DNA of 31,924 nucleotides from a virus (lineage: Duplodnaviria > Caudoviricetes): positions 1-31,924 of IMG/VR virus record IMGVR_UViG_3300042527_000337; one strand, 5' to 3'. Positions within the stretch are counted from its first letter, which is position 1; each line of letters opens with the position of its first letter. Below the pieces are notes generated by a model. That model had not been told where the DNA came from and did no database searches. It saw only the letters and a program-made list of their open reading frames with translations. Positions 1-9,696 of the stretch are shown in pieces. Position numbers and translations under genes: made by a program.

Positions 1-200
1 TTCTTCTCGTGGGTAAGGTTGATAGGGTCGCCAGCACCATTGGGCTGGAGATACATGCCAAGGATGATGTCGTTGGACGTATTGACGACGCCGAACACCC
101 TGCGATTGCGGCAGGAGTCGAGCACCTTGGCCTTGGTTGCGTTGTTGAAGGTCTTAACGTGGACCTTAGGGATTTGATAGGGTAGGTCTTTGCAACTCAT
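1..200 (-). CDS. Putative virion structural protein, 3'-truncated at window edge (MSCKDLPYQIPKVHVKTFNN...)
   Basis: Translated by hand; ATG at 200 lies just after the upstream stop (202-204); frame is open to position 1; sits in the structural operon. Confidence 0.6.
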   Translation of the reverse strand, partial: MSCKDLPYQIPKVHVKTFNNATKAKVLDSCRNRRVFGVVNTSNDIILGMYLQPNGAGDPINLTHEK

Positions 201-201
201 G

Positions 202-948
202 TTAGTAATTTCGGAAGTTTATCGGCCTCGTCGAGCCCTGTTGGCGAAGCGTCTGGTCGAGTGCGGCGTCGAGGGCTTTTGCGTAATCGGCCTCCGCCGC
301 TTGAGCGGCTTCAAGTTCGTTGGTTGAACGACGGAAATCGGCGTGGACTCCGTGGATGAGGGCGTTGGTGAAGAGTTTTGGGATTTGGATTCGCTCCCAA
401 GAACCAATCGTAGGAATTGAGCCAGTGCCCGACGGAGTTGTACCAGTGTAGACATAAAAATCACCCTGAACGGGGTAGCCAGAGACAGGGACGAGCGAAC
501 CGCTCTCACTGCCAGAGTCGAAATAAACCTGTGCCTTAGGCCTGTAAGACACATCCGTGCTCCAAGCGTCGCCGTAAAGCCTAGGAGACTCCTTGCGGGA
601 CTCCACCCAGACCTCGCTGTCTTGCTTGTCACGAAGGTTGATGACGTTGTCAATGAGTTCGAAGTCCTTTTGGCTGGTCGTCTTGGCCATTGGGTCCTTG
701 TCCCAGATGGTCAGCACCTGCCCGATGTTGGGGTCGAAGGCGACGATACGCCTCTCATTGACGAGGTTGACGGAGCATTTGGTCAGAACTTTGAGGTCAG
801 TCCACTCATTGGACTCCCAGATGGTCCTAAGACGCATGGAAGCGAGGTCCCTGACCATGGCAAACCTGTCGGGGGTGGTCAGGTTCCTGTCCAGACCGCA
901 GAGTTGCAGGCTGGCATGCAGGATGTCGCTGAAGTTTACTGAACGCAT
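202..948 (-). CDS. Putative head-tail adaptor / tail tubular protein A-like (about 248 aa)
   Basis: Start reassigned to MRSVNF because its ATG overlaps the upstream stop (TAATG); position downstream of the capsid gene; helical N- and C-termini typical of podovirus adaptors. Confidence 0.55.
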   Translation of the reverse strand: MRSVNFSDILHASLQLCGLDRNLTTPDRFAMVRDLASMRLRTIWESNEWTDLKVLTKCSVNLVNERRIVAFDPNIGQVLTIWDKDPMAKTTSQKDFELIDNVINLRDKQDSEVWVESRKESPRLYGDAWSTDVSYRPKAQVYFDSGSESGSLVPVSGYPVQGDFYVYTGTTPSGTGSIPTIGSWERIQIPKLFTNALIHGVHADFRRSTNELEAAQAAEADYAKALDAALDQTLRQQGSTRPINFRNY

Positions 949-1298
949 TAAGAAAGGGAACGGCCGAAGCCGTCGATGAGTAGGGTGGTTTTCTCCGCTT
1001 TGGAGTTCACCTTGCACTCTGGATTGTCACGCAGGAATTTCCGCATGAAATCTTTGTCCCGCCAGCAAGCGTATCCCAGTCTCTGTCCCCAGTAATGGTA
1101 GGACTCCTCTGGGATACGTGCAGTTAGTTGACCAAGCCCTTCAACATGGCGGTGTTGAAGTTGATTCAGTTGGGCCAGAGCCTTTTTGGTCGCTTCGGCT
1201 TGGGCCTTACGGAGGTTCCATCCCGTCCGAAACTCCTCAAGCATGGGCTTGAGAAGTTCATCGGGGATGGATTCATGGATGGACTGAATGCCAGCCAT
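948..1298 (-). CDS. Phage hypothetical protein following the capsid gene (116 aa)
   Basis: Clean ORF coupled to the next gene; YHYWGQRLGY..W.D..F.RKFLRDNPE motif of a type recalled next to capsid genes in related podoviruses. Confidence 0.7.
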   Translation of the reverse strand: MAGIQSIHESIPDELLKPMLEEFRTGWNLRKAQAEATKKALAQLNQLQHRHVEGLGQLTARIPEESYHYWGQRLGYACWRDKDFMRKFLRDNPECKVNSKAEKTTLLIDGFGRSLS

Positions 1299-1310
1299 GA
1301 CCTCTGTGGG

Positions 1311-2717
1311 TTAGGAGTTGTTGGACTTGTAGTCGAACATGCCGAACGTCAGGGGGCTGTGGCAGAGCAGAGCCGCCATGGCCTCCATCATGCGGCGGGG
1401 ACCGCCACCATTTTCGGTGAGTTCCCTGACCTGAGCGATGTTACCGCCGTAGCGGACTTCGAGCATGTCCCACGGGATGACGAAGCCCTTGCAACGGGCG
1501 TTGTCGAGGTGGAGTTCGGCTCGCTTCTTGGCGACAGCGTAGGCGGCGTTGCGGTCAGCGGCAGAGGACGTAGCGGCGGCGACGACGAGGTTGTCGGCGG
1601 TCACTGCACCCTGCTGGGCGGAGACGAGGGCCGTCTTCTTGGCTTCGACGTTAGCGGCAGAGACGGAGATGACACCAGAGGTGTTGCCGTCGCCCGTCTG
1701 GGCCTTGACTCGGTTGGACTCAGTGGCGGTGTGGCCGTCATAGAGTTTGAACTTCTGGACGCCACCTTCGGCGTACTCGACGATGGTGTACGGGTTCACG
1801 CCAGCGTGGAGGAACTGCGACGGGATGAGGGCCAACTTACCGAAGTCACCCTCGAAGTAGTCAACCGACGCCTTGATGGTGTCAGCCGAAGCGTCACGGG
1901 TGGAGCGGATGCCAGTGCTGGACGACGGACCAGCGGGAGCACGGGTCGTGTAGACGAGTTCCGTGAACTGACGCTTGAGTTTGGTGCCGACGACAGCCTC
2001 ATGGTTCTTGAACTGGCCAGTCTGCTCATAGACGGAGGTCATGAGGTCCTGAACAGTGTTCTCATTGAGGGTATCGCAGAGAGCACCAGTGCCGACGATG
2101 GAGGTTTCGGGGGTGACGAAGTTCTCGTCGATGGGGCGGATGGACTGGTTCTGGACGCCATACTTGTCAGCATTGGTCGTCGCAGTGGCCTTGTCCTTCT
2201 TAATCCACGAGGTGAGGCATCGGGTGCGGTACGGGGTCGTGCCGTCATCGAGTGCGGGCATGATGTCCGAGGTGAAGGTAATCTCCATCGAACGCTTGAG
2301 GTCGATGGTGGCCTTCGCCAACTGACGGGAGAGTTCGTCCTTAACACCAGCGATGTTGAGGATGTCCTGCGTCAGGTTGGACACGTGCACGGCACGGCGG
2401 AAGAGGTGGATGTTGTTTTCCACTTCAGTGCGGTAGCCGATGGTGTACTGCTTGAAGTCCGAGTTGGTGCTCGGGTTGGTCGGGTCGACGTCCTTGCCGT
2501 CAAGGATGCCGAGTTCGACGGACGGCTCGGGGTTGCGGTCAACCTGCCAGCGGAACGTGGTATTTCCAGGCTTGGAGCCACGCTTTGCCATGGAGGAGAT
2601 GGGAGTCTCCTTGGCGTCGACGTTGGTGATGAGGTCCGAGAGTTCTTCTCGGATACCCACACGGGCACCCTGAAGCGGACGCTGATTCTGGAACTGGGAC
2701 TCGAATAGAGAAGCCAT
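1311..2717 (-). CDS. Major capsid protein (DUF5309 / SU10-MCP-like, HK97 fold)
   Basis: N-terminal GIREELSDLITNVDAKETPISS...FRWQVD, DELSRQLAKATIDLKRSME and VDYFEGDFG motifs; strong codon bias; directly after the scaffold gene. Confidence 0.85.
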   Translation of the reverse strand: MASLFESQFQNQRPLQGARVGIREELSDLITNVDAKETPISSMAKRGSKPGNTTFRWQVDRNPEPSVELGILDGKDVDPTNPSTNSDFKQYTIGYRTEVENNIHLFRRAVHVSNLTQDILNIAGVKDELSRQLAKATIDLKRSMEITFTSDIMPALDDGTTPYRTRCLTSWIKKDKATATTNADKYGVQNQSIRPIDENFVTPETSIVGTGALCDTLNENTVQDLMTSVYEQTGQFKNHEAVVGTKLKRQFTELVYTTRAPAGPSSSTGIRSTRDASADTIKASVDYFEGDFGKLALIPSQFLHAGVNPYTIVEYAEGGVQKFKLYDGHTATESNRVKAQTGDGNTSGVISVSAANVEAKKTALVSAQQGAVTADNLVVAAATSSAADRNAAYAVAKKRAELHLDNARCKGFVIPWDMLEVRYGGNIAQVRELTENGGGPRRMMEAMAALLCHSPLTFGMFDYKSNNS

Positions 2718-2738
2718 GATGATGATGATTTGGGTTTC

Positions 2739-3719
2739 TCAGATGAACTTATTTCGGAACACGTCGCTTAGGTCGTCGAGCGAGGACGTCTGCCTGTAAC
2801 GGGATTCTGCCAACTTGGCTTTGACGACGTCAGGCTTTTTGCTCTGGGGCGTCGGCATAGACGAGGTGGTCGGCTGAACGGGTACACGCTGGGACATCTG
2901 GCCAGTCTTGGCCGCAGTCTTCTGCTGTTGATACGACACCATGCCAGTGGCAAGATGAGCGGCGTAGATTTCGTAGTCAGGGAACTTGGTGACCTCAGGG
3001 ACGGCCTCAATGAAACGCTTGGCCATGATGGCCCGCTTGTCAGAGGGGTCGTTGAGCCACGGGAATTCCTTGCGAGCGGCGGCTTTGAAGGCCTTGCTCT
3101 TCTCCACGTAGTCTAACTGCTTAGGCAGGAAATCCTCGGTGGCACGGATGGCGTTGACCTTGGCCTTCGCAATCTGCTCCTTGTCGATGGGTTCCTTGCC
3201 GTCTTCGTAGTATCCGTCAGGGTAACGTTCGCAAAACAAGCGAATTTCCTTCTGCCTCTCGTACTCGGCCTCGATTTTTTCCTCCGTATCCAGTTTGCCG
3301 AAAGGGTTGTTGGCATTCTGGGGAGTGGCCTGACGACGCTTGAGAGACTCAAGTTCTTCCTCTAGTTTCTTTGCACGTTCCTCAGCCTCTTTCCGCTGGG
3401 CGGTCAACTTGGAGATACGCTTGTCAACACCCTTAGGTGCGACCTGCTGAGGCTCTTCGTCTTCCTGCTCTTGCGATTCTGCTTCGGTGTTCTCGGTTGC
3501 GACTTCGGCCTCATCTGAGAGGGCCTCGTCCACCTGTTCCTCAGGTTCAGCAGTCTGAGGTTCTGCTCCTTGCGGGCCGTCTGCAAGGGCTCGCCCAAAG
3601 AATTGGGTGAGTTTTTCATCATCGGCGAGGTCGGCGGGCTCGCTCTGTTGTGCCATGAGCGGATTAATCTCGGGCTCAAGTCCGAGAGATTCGGTGTTAT
3701 CCGTGTTTTCAGGTTCCAT
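2739..3719 (-). CDS. Capsid scaffolding protein
   Basis: Acidic disordered N-terminus followed by a GVDKRISKLTAQRKEAEE coiled coil; lies between portal and capsid. Confidence 0.8.
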   Translation of the reverse strand: MEPENTDNTESLGLEPEINPLMAQQSEPADLADDEKLTQFFGRALADGPQGAEPQTAEPEEQVDEALSDEAEVATENTEAESQEQEDEEPQQVAPKGVDKRISKLTAQRKEAEERAKKLEEELESLKRRQATPQNANNPFGKLDTEEKIEAEYERQKEIRLFCERYPDGYYEDGKEPIDKEQIAKAKVNAIRATEDFLPKQLDYVEKSKAFKAAARKEFPWLNDPSDKRAIMAKRFIEAVPEVTKFPDYEIYAAHLATGMVSYQQQKTAAKTGQMSQRVPVQPTTSSMPTPQSKKPDVVKAKLAESRYRQTSSLDDLSDVFRNKFI

Positions 3720-3780
3720 AGTCAGCGTTACTTAGCACGCAGAAGTAGTCGTAAAGATGTACGTTTAGGGTTCGTTGCAA

Positions 3781-3794
3781 GAGGCTATAGCCTC
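3781..3794. promoter_or_regulatory. Perfect 14-bp palindrome upstream of the scaffold/capsid genes
   Basis: GAGGCTATAGCCTC is its own reverse complement; intergenic; abuts TTGCAA. Confidence 0.4.
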
Positions 3795-3795
3795 C

Positions 3796-4062
3796 TCAGC
3801 CGTTTTGAGTGGGATTGACCTGCTTTCCTTCCCTGACCTTGTTCATCAGGTCCCTGTTAGCCTGAAACAGCCTCAGCATGTCGTTCATGGCTGAGATTCT
3901 TCCGCTGTAGTACGCTCGCTCTTCGCCGACGACTTTTGCCTCCATGACCCTGATGAGGTCGTTCTGGAAGGTTTCGTCGGTCAGGATTAGCACGGCTTTG
4001 TACAGGGCCTCGGCATCGGCGTTGGCGAAGCCGAACGCTTTGGTGTTTTCGTCTATTTGCAT
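3796..4062 (-). CDS. Small portal-downstream protein (88 aa)
   Basis: ORF with a C/A-rich leader (TCCACCACC-ATG); ERAYYSGR..A..D helix typical of the small gene after P22-like portals. Confidence 0.65.
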   Translation of the reverse strand: MQIDENTKAFGFANADAEALYKAVLILTDETFQNDLIRVMEAKVVGEERAYYSGRISAMNDMLRLFQANRDLMNKVREGKQVNPTQNG

Positions 4063-4071
4063 GGTGGTGGA

Positions 4072-6321
4072 TTAAATCATGCCCATTGACTGGAGCGGAG
4101 AGGGGACGCCGCCCTGAGGGGGAGGAGCCGCCTGCTGGGGGGCTTCCTGCTGGGGTGCCTGTTCGGCCATAGCCTCGCCCATTTCTTGCTGAATCTGCTC
4201 GGAGGCAGGCGATACGCCGATACGGCCGATGGTCTTGTTCTTCTGTTGCTCGACGGACATCTGCAGGTTCTTGGAGTAGTTCTCCAGCAGAATCTGGAAG
4301 ACCCTGTCTCCCTGAGCGGCCTGAGCCGCCTTGGGGTTCTTCTGGAGGATTTCCTGAAGGTACTGCATCTTGGACTCGGCGGCTGGGTCGTTCTCCACGT
4401 AGAGGGCCTCATTGCCAAGCATCATCATGCCGACGTCGTTGATGACGTCCTTATACAGTTTCTGAGACGCAGTGGTCTGGTCGATGACCAGTTCCCTAGC
4501 GGCGTCAGGCGAGATGGCCTCGATGACCAACTTGACCAACTTGTTCCTGTCGATGACGCCGCCGCTATCAAGCGGCACCACAGTCTCGACGATGGATTTC
4601 AGTTTCTCCATGACGAACTCAGGGTCGGTGTCACGTACGTCAAAGCGTACGTTGAAGTCATACTGGCTATGGATGTCGGACATGTTCTGCTTGAGCGGGG
4701 CACCAGTGATGCGGGTGACCTCTTCCTCGGGCATGTACTGAAGGCACAGGGAGAACAACTGCTTGTAGGTCTGGGTCCAGAACTGAAGCCAGTTGTTTAC
4801 CTGCAACTGTTGCATCATGCGTACCTTGTTAGGGTCGATGGTCTCGCCGACGATGAAGCCGTAGAAGTTTCCAAGGTTTGTTTCAATCTGCTGGATGATG
4901 CTGATGGCGTACTCAGCCTTGCCCTGCGGAGGCTCCATCCAAGTGTAGTCATCCTTGGTGGAAACTGGAAGCACCTGTCCCGGAGCAATCCTATTCAAAG
5001 CACCCACTCGCTTGACCACTTTTACGGGCGGCATGATTTCAAGTGCGGTCCTGTCACGGAACGCATCGTGCTGTGCCTTGACTTCGTCCTGTTCGGTCTT
5101 GGAGATTTCTGGGATGCCTCGGCTTTCCGTCACCTGACGGCGGGTCATTTCGAACCTGATGGACACGAAAGGGTACTCGCCATGGGCGTAGTTCAACATG
5201 TCTTGGATGGCGTACATCTCGTTTCCTACGTGAGGGGAGAACACAGTGTAGTAGATGGATGCGATGTCGTTTTCGTCCAACTGCCTGTAGTACGCCCAGA
5301 CCACCTCGATTAGGTTGTCTCCACGCTGAACGTTAGAGTTCAGCATCGTCGTTGTCGGGATTAGGTTCGGGTCGTTGAAGTAGAAGTGGTTGCCAGACGT
5401 CTTTACTGCGGCCTCAATGAACTCAGGGTCCCATCCAGCGTTCTTCTGCATGGAGCGGAGTTCGACTTCCGTCATGTACTGCCTGCGGAAGATGACACGG
5501 GCCTCCTGAAGGTCGCTCGTCTCAGGCGGGAAGCAAACTTCGTCGAACGGCTTGAGTGCGGTCACCTTGGGAAGGTTCTTCTGGATGTAGACTTCTTCCA
5601 GTTCGCCCTGACCTTCTTCACGCATTTTGGTGACGAACTTGCGGATGTCTTTCTGCTTCATCTGGGGAAGCACCTGCTTGCAAAGTTCGATGGCGTACTC
5701 CTCCTTCTGCGGATTTTGGATTGAGGCAATGAGTTCGCCAGTGACTCCGCCCTGACCCATAGCCTCTTCCTGCTGTTGCACTGCCATGAGTTCTTCCATG
5801 GTCATGGTCTGACGCCTGATGCCGATTTTCCTATCCCACGTAATTTGGGCACAGCACCATCCGTAGGTAAGCATGTAATCGGCGACCAGTTCTGCCTCCC
5901 TCTGCATCTCCGACTTGAGTTTTGTCTCAACCAGCCAACGCATGAGGTTGGTGGCAGAAGACGCCGCCATGGCGTCATTGACCTCGGTTCCGCCGACCTT
6001 GAGGGTCGAAGCGTTGTAGGAGGTCATCAGCATGGCCTTTTGGTCACGGATGAGCCTATCGACGAGCCTTACACGGACGTCAGAGGCACCTTCGAACGGG
6101 AAGGCGGGGTCGCCATCGGGGCGGGCCCAAGAGTGCTTCTTGCCGTCGTCGGTCTGGCCAGCCCAGCGGGCGTAGCGGACGTCGTCGGCCCACGACATCT
6201 TAGACACCATGGTGCCATGGTAGGCGGACCTCTCGTATTCGGAGAGAAGCGTCTGGATGTCTGGCTTACGCTCGTGGTAGGCCAGAGGGTCACTACCGAC
6301 CTTGTTAAACTTGTTTTTCAT
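4072..6321 (-). CDS. Portal (head-to-tail connector) protein, P22-like
   Basis: 749 aa; position after terL; YAHGEYPFV...ESRGIPE motif; Gln/Pro-rich C-terminal tail. Confidence 0.85.
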   Translation of the reverse strand: MKNKFNKVGSDPLAYHERKPDIQTLLSEYERSAYHGTMVSKMSWADDVRYARWAGQTDDGKKHSWARPDGDPAFPFEGASDVRVRLVDRLIRDQKAMLMTSYNASTLKVGGTEVNDAMAASSATNLMRWLVETKLKSEMQREAELVADYMLTYGWCCAQITWDRKIGIRRQTMTMEELMAVQQQEEAMGQGGVTGELIASIQNPQKEEYAIELCKQVLPQMKQKDIRKFVTKMREEGQGELEEVYIQKNLPKVTALKPFDEVCFPPETSDLQEARVIFRRQYMTEVELRSMQKNAGWDPEFIEAAVKTSGNHFYFNDPNLIPTTTMLNSNVQRGDNLIEVVWAYYRQLDENDIASIYYTVFSPHVGNEMYAIQDMLNYAHGEYPFVSIRFEMTRRQVTESRGIPEISKTEQDEVKAQHDAFRDRTALEIMPPVKVVKRVGALNRIAPGQVLPVSTKDDYTWMEPPQGKAEYAISIIQQIETNLGNFYGFIVGETIDPNKVRMMQQLQVNNWLQFWTQTYKQLFSLCLQYMPEEEVTRITGAPLKQNMSDIHSQYDFNVRFDVRDTDPEFVMEKLKSIVETVVPLDSGGVIDRNKLVKLVIEAISPDAARELVIDQTTASQKLYKDVINDVGMMMLGNEALYVENDPAAESKMQYLQEILQKNPKAAQAAQGDRVFQILLENYSKNLQMSVEQQKNKTIGRIGVSPASEQIQQEMGEAMAEQAPQQEAPQQAAPPPQGGVPSPLQSMGMI

Positions 6322-6511
6322 TTACGGGAGGGGTGGAGTTGTTCTTGAGAAAGTTTTCGATGTCGTCCCTGTAGAACATGTGCTGTTTTCCTTGGGTCGT
6401 GAACACACGAAGGGCTTTTTGCCTACGCAGGCGGATTAGGGTGGTCTTGGACAGTCCGTAGTGCCTTGCGGCCTCGGCCAGCCTCATCAGGGGTGGAATC
6501 TTGTTGTTCAT
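6305..6511 (-). CDS. Small helix-turn-helix DNA-binding protein (excisionase/MerR-like HTH)
   Basis: LMRLAEAARHYGLSKTTLIRL...G..HMFYRDDI pattern; ATG just after the terL stop. Confidence 0.7.
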   Translation of the reverse strand: MNNKIPPLMRLAEAARHYGLSKTTLIRLRRQKALRVFTTQGKQHMFYRDDIENFLKNNSTPPVNEKQV

Positions 6512-6512
6512 T

Positions 6513-8141
6513 TCAGTAAGAGCCTCCGCCAAACGCACGATAGGCGTCGGAGCCGCCGTAGTCTGGTTGCATGACTGCTATGTACCTGAGGGCGTCGATG
6601 GGGTCCTTGCTGGAGCCCTTCTCGCCGTCGATGCCAGTCCATTCACGGAGGCACCACATCAGGTTCTTGCATTCCTCGGAGATAAAGAGTTTCGGCTGGT
6701 TGACCGCAGAGATGGGCTGGTTCTGGTCGTAGGAGAACCAATCGTTGATGATGCTGACGCCCTCTTCGAGTCTCAGGCCAGCAGAAGCGGTAAAGTACAT
6801 GGGCAACGGCTCCTCGTCCAGCAACTGAAGCAAGGTTGTGCCACCCTCTTTGTTGATGACAGGGGAACCAGCGGCACGAGGGTCAATGTAACGCTCGGCG
6901 ATTTCCTCCCCGTTCTCAAGGGTCAGAATGTGGTCCTTGATTTCGGTAAGCCCCATGCCAGCACCCTGCTTCTGGGCGGGACCAGCACGCCCGTCCGCCT
7001 TCTCGGATGGCAAGGCCCACTCGCCCATGCTGATGTCAGGCCACTCCCTGTAGACGAACTTATTGCCGTACTCGTCTATGCGTAGCCACACCATGAACCA
7101 GTTTCGAGCACCTGCAGGGTCGACAGCCATGTAGTTGGTGCCTTCCTCGGGAATCTGGTCCGCTGGGATGATGTTAGGCTCTCCGAACCTCGGGAACTGC
7201 GAGCCTGCGAGTGACTCCGCCCAGCCGTATGCACGGATTTTGACTTCATAAGGTCCACGGCCCCTAAGTGCTAACTTGATTTGTTCGAAGGGGGAGTATC
7301 TATTCAGGATTGAATGAAACCAGATTACATTGGCAGAGCCCTTGCTGCATTCTGCAACGTAGGGCATGTGCCCCTTAGGGATGCTTGGGACATTCTGTGT
7401 ATCGGGCAGAAGGTCCGCATAAAGGGTCTTTTTAATGCGGCACCCAGCGACGTAGTCCTTGACGACGGGGGTGAAGCCAGTGATGGGCGTGAAGGTGAGA
7501 ATCATCTTACCCGAACGGGTGACAAGTCGGTACCTTAACGTCTCAATCCAGTCCTGCGGCACGAGTTCGTCGCACCAGATTAGGTCTGGTTCGCCACCTT
7601 CGATGACCTTCTTCTCCTGCCCGTAGTTCATGAAGAAGCACTGGGAGCGGTTTGGGAGGACGAACGTAGCGTCGGTAAAGCCGTTCTTCTGGGAATACTG
7701 GATGTTCGTGACCTTGGTCTTCTTGGCGGTCTTGAATTCAGGGGGCATGTACTTCCAGATGACCGCCTGTTGCATCTGGATGGAGGTCTGGGAGGTGGTG
7801 TGTAAGCACCAAATTCTGGAGTTTGGTCGGGTGCACAGCAGTTGCATCACCCTCTTGGCGGCGTACTCCGTCTTGCCAGCACGATTGCCGCCCATGATGA
7901 GCAATTCGTTTCCAGACATGAGCAACTTGTCCGCCTCGGCCCAACTATCTGGCTCGTATCCATGCCTGTAGGGGTCGCCCTGCTCGGCCTTAATCTTCTC
8001 CTCACGACGCTTTAGGACCTCAGCGGCCCCCTCCGAGCCCAGCGTCTTGGCTAGTTCGACTATCTCGTCCTCAGTAGGAAGGTGAATGATGGGATGCTTG
8101 CTTAACTGCATCCCAGCGACTGTCACTAGGTCCGTGCTCAT
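6513..8141 (-). CDS. terL: Terminase large subunit
   Basis: Walker A GGNRAGKT, Walker B LIWCDE, coupling motif LTFTP, RNase H-like nuclease motifs AVDPAG, YIDP and KDPIDALRY. Confidence 0.92.
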   Translation of the reverse strand: MSTDLVTVAGMQLSKHPIIHLPTEDEIVELAKTLGSEGAAEVLKRREEKIKAEQGDPYRHGYEPDSWAEADKLLMSGNELLIMGGNRAGKTEYAAKRVMQLLCTRPNSRIWCLHTTSQTSIQMQQAVIWKYMPPEFKTAKKTKVTNIQYSQKNGFTDATFVLPNRSQCFFMNYGQEKKVIEGGEPDLIWCDELVPQDWIETLRYRLVTRSGKMILTFTPITGFTPVVKDYVAGCRIKKTLYADLLPDTQNVPSIPKGHMPYVAECSKGSANVIWFHSILNRYSPFEQIKLALRGRGPYEVKIRAYGWAESLAGSQFPRFGEPNIIPADQIPEEGTNYMAVDPAGARNWFMVWLRIDEYGNKFVYREWPDISMGEWALPSEKADGRAGPAQKQGAGMGLTEIKDHILTLENGEEIAERYIDPRAAGSPVINKEGGTTLLQLLDEEPLPMYFTASAGLRLEEGVSIINDWFSYDQNQPISAVNQPKLFISEECKNLMWCLREWTGIDGEKGSSKDPIDALRYIAVMQPDYGGSDAYRAFGGGSY

Positions 8142-8866
8142 TCATCGTCCTCCTCCTCTTTGGTTTCGTACGTTGAAGCGGCGGCGGCGGCGTCAAACTG
8201 CTGTACGTTCAGAATAGGGAAAGCACCTTTCCACGTCATAGGCTGAATCCTGATGGCACCCCCGTGGAAGCCAGTGCCGAAGAGGCCATACTGGGGTATG
8301 AAGTGCTTGGCCGACGCTACTGCGGCCTTGTAAAACCCCTCCTTGAACACCTTAGGGTTGAACTGCTTAAAGGTAGGGTCACCTCGTCCGTAGGACGAAA
8401 TTTTTTTAGAAGGCTTAGTCCCAGACTTCGCACCTCCACCAGAAAGGTCTTTCTTGGTGGATGCCTGCTCAGTCTTGGGAACTGGCTGATTGGGGCTAGG
8501 GATAGGTGCGTTAGGGTCCCTCAGGGTCAGCAACCCGTTCTTCCCCCTAGTGAACGCTGAGGTGTTCCTAGCGGCTAGTTCCTTGTTCCTCGCATCAAGG
8601 GTATCCTTGCTGGAAAGGAGTCCAGAACTATCCCTCCCGAAGGCGGTCTGCTTGAGCAGAGCGTCGCCAGTCGAGGAGTTGAGTTTGAGGAGGTTGGGGT
8701 CCGTAGCGAATGACTTGTCGCTACCAAGGGTGTACTTGTCGGCACCCTTATCCCACTCTGGCCCTAAACTCTTGCTCCACGGCGTGAACGACAAGGAGTC
8801 AGGACGTGTGACATCGAGGCGTGGATTGCCCCGACCCGCCACGTACTTGTCCTTGTCGTCGGCCAT
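8138..8866 (-). CDS. Hypothetical protein, low complexity, basic with an acidic tail (242 aa)
   Basis: ORF coupled to terL by an ATGA overlap. Confidence 0.65.
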   Translation of the reverse strand: MADDKDKYVAGRGNPRLDVTRPDSLSFTPWSKSLGPEWDKGADKYTLGSDKSFATDPNLLKLNSSTGDALLKQTAFGRDSSGLLSSKDTLDARNKELAARNTSAFTRGKNGLLTLRDPNAPIPSPNQPVPKTEQASTKKDLSGGGAKSGTKPSKKISSYGRGDPTFKQFNPKVFKEGFYKAAVASAKHFIPQYGLFGTGFHGGAIRIQPMTWKGAFPILNVQQFDAAAAASTYETKEEEDDE

Positions 8867-8971
8867 TTAGCCTACGATGCTGTACCAGACCGCCTTAAGG
8901 CGTTCGGAGTAACGAGCACCGACATAGACGCCACCTAGGAAGCAGATGGCAGAAACAACGAGAGTAATCAT
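8867..8971 (-). CDS. 34-aa single-pass membrane peptide (MITLVVSAICFLGGVYVGARYSERLKAVWYSIVG)
   Basis: Translated by hand; ATGA overlap with the upstream gene and its stop abuts the next ATG; fills the gap exactly. Confidence 0.65.
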   Translation of the reverse strand: MITLVVSAICFLGGVYVGARYSERLKAVWYSIVG

Positions 8972-9690
8972 CGGTTGGATTTCTTGGCTTTGTAGTACTC
9001 AGAGGCGGCGTAGCCTGCGGCGGCACCGAGGGCGACTTTCTTGCCAGCACGGACCTGCTTGCTGGTATAGCGGGAGCCACTGCGTCCCATCGGCTTAATG
9101 TCGTCATAGGACAGTTTGCTCCTGTCGAAGGCGGGAGCCTTGTAGTATTTCTGGAAGTCGCCGATGTTGTCGGGAGCCTTAATCTCCCGCATGTTGGCAC
9201 CACGAGGAGGCCTGCTGTTGCTCATGTAATCTCCCCTGCGAGGCCTGACGGACTCGTCACGGAAGTTGATGTTGTTGCCCTGCCTCTTGTACCTCATCAT
9301 CTGGGCTTCGTGGGCCTTGACGTGGCTGTCCATCTGGGACGGCGTGTGAACCTTGTTCACGATGCCCTTGCGGCGGTTAATCTGGCCCATCGTCTCACGG
9401 GCACGAGGGCGTGCGTGACGGGTGGCCTTGATGACGGCGGCGGAGGCGTTTCGGGTCGCCTTGCCAGTAGCACCAAATGCGGCTTGGTCGAATGCGTCGC
9501 CGACACGAGCGGCCTTGCGAACAAGGTTCGCAGTCGCATCGGTGGCACGGGACACGCCCCTGCCGACTGCGTCATAGGCCTTGTCGGCGGTTCGGTTTGC
9601 TCGGGCGACAACCTTGAGGGACTTGCGTCCAAGGTAGTTTCCGATGGATTGGGCAGCCTTGCGAATGCCAGTGATTGCTATTTTACGCAT
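8968..9690 (-). CDS. Highly basic Arg/Lys/Ala-rich protein (240 aa)
   Basis: ORF in operon; composition dominated by R, K, A and G. Confidence 0.65.
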   Translation of the reverse strand: MRKIAITGIRKAAQSIGNYLGRKSLKVVARANRTADKAYDAVGRGVSRATDATANLVRKAARVGDAFDQAAFGATGKATRNASAAVIKATRHARPRARETMGQINRRKGIVNKVHTPSQMDSHVKAHEAQMMRYKRQGNNINFRDESVRPRRGDYMSNSRPPRGANMREIKAPDNIGDFQKYYKAPAFDRSKLSYDDIKPMGRSGSRYTSKQVRAGKKVALGAAAGYAASEYYKAKKSNR

Positions 9691-9696
9691 GGTAAA

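Noticed and set aside
1128-2708. 526-aa plus-strand ORF (and similar ones at 4186-5313, 9310-10236 and 25223-26557)
   Set aside because: Antisense shadows of strongly codon-biased genes; V/G/L/D-rich translations with no motifs and no CA-type leader
6512-6538. Upstream extension giving a duplicated RLAEA peptide in the HTH gene
   Set aside because: It overlaps the terL 3' end, the codons differ and the ATG at 6511 is the better-coupled start; probably coincidence
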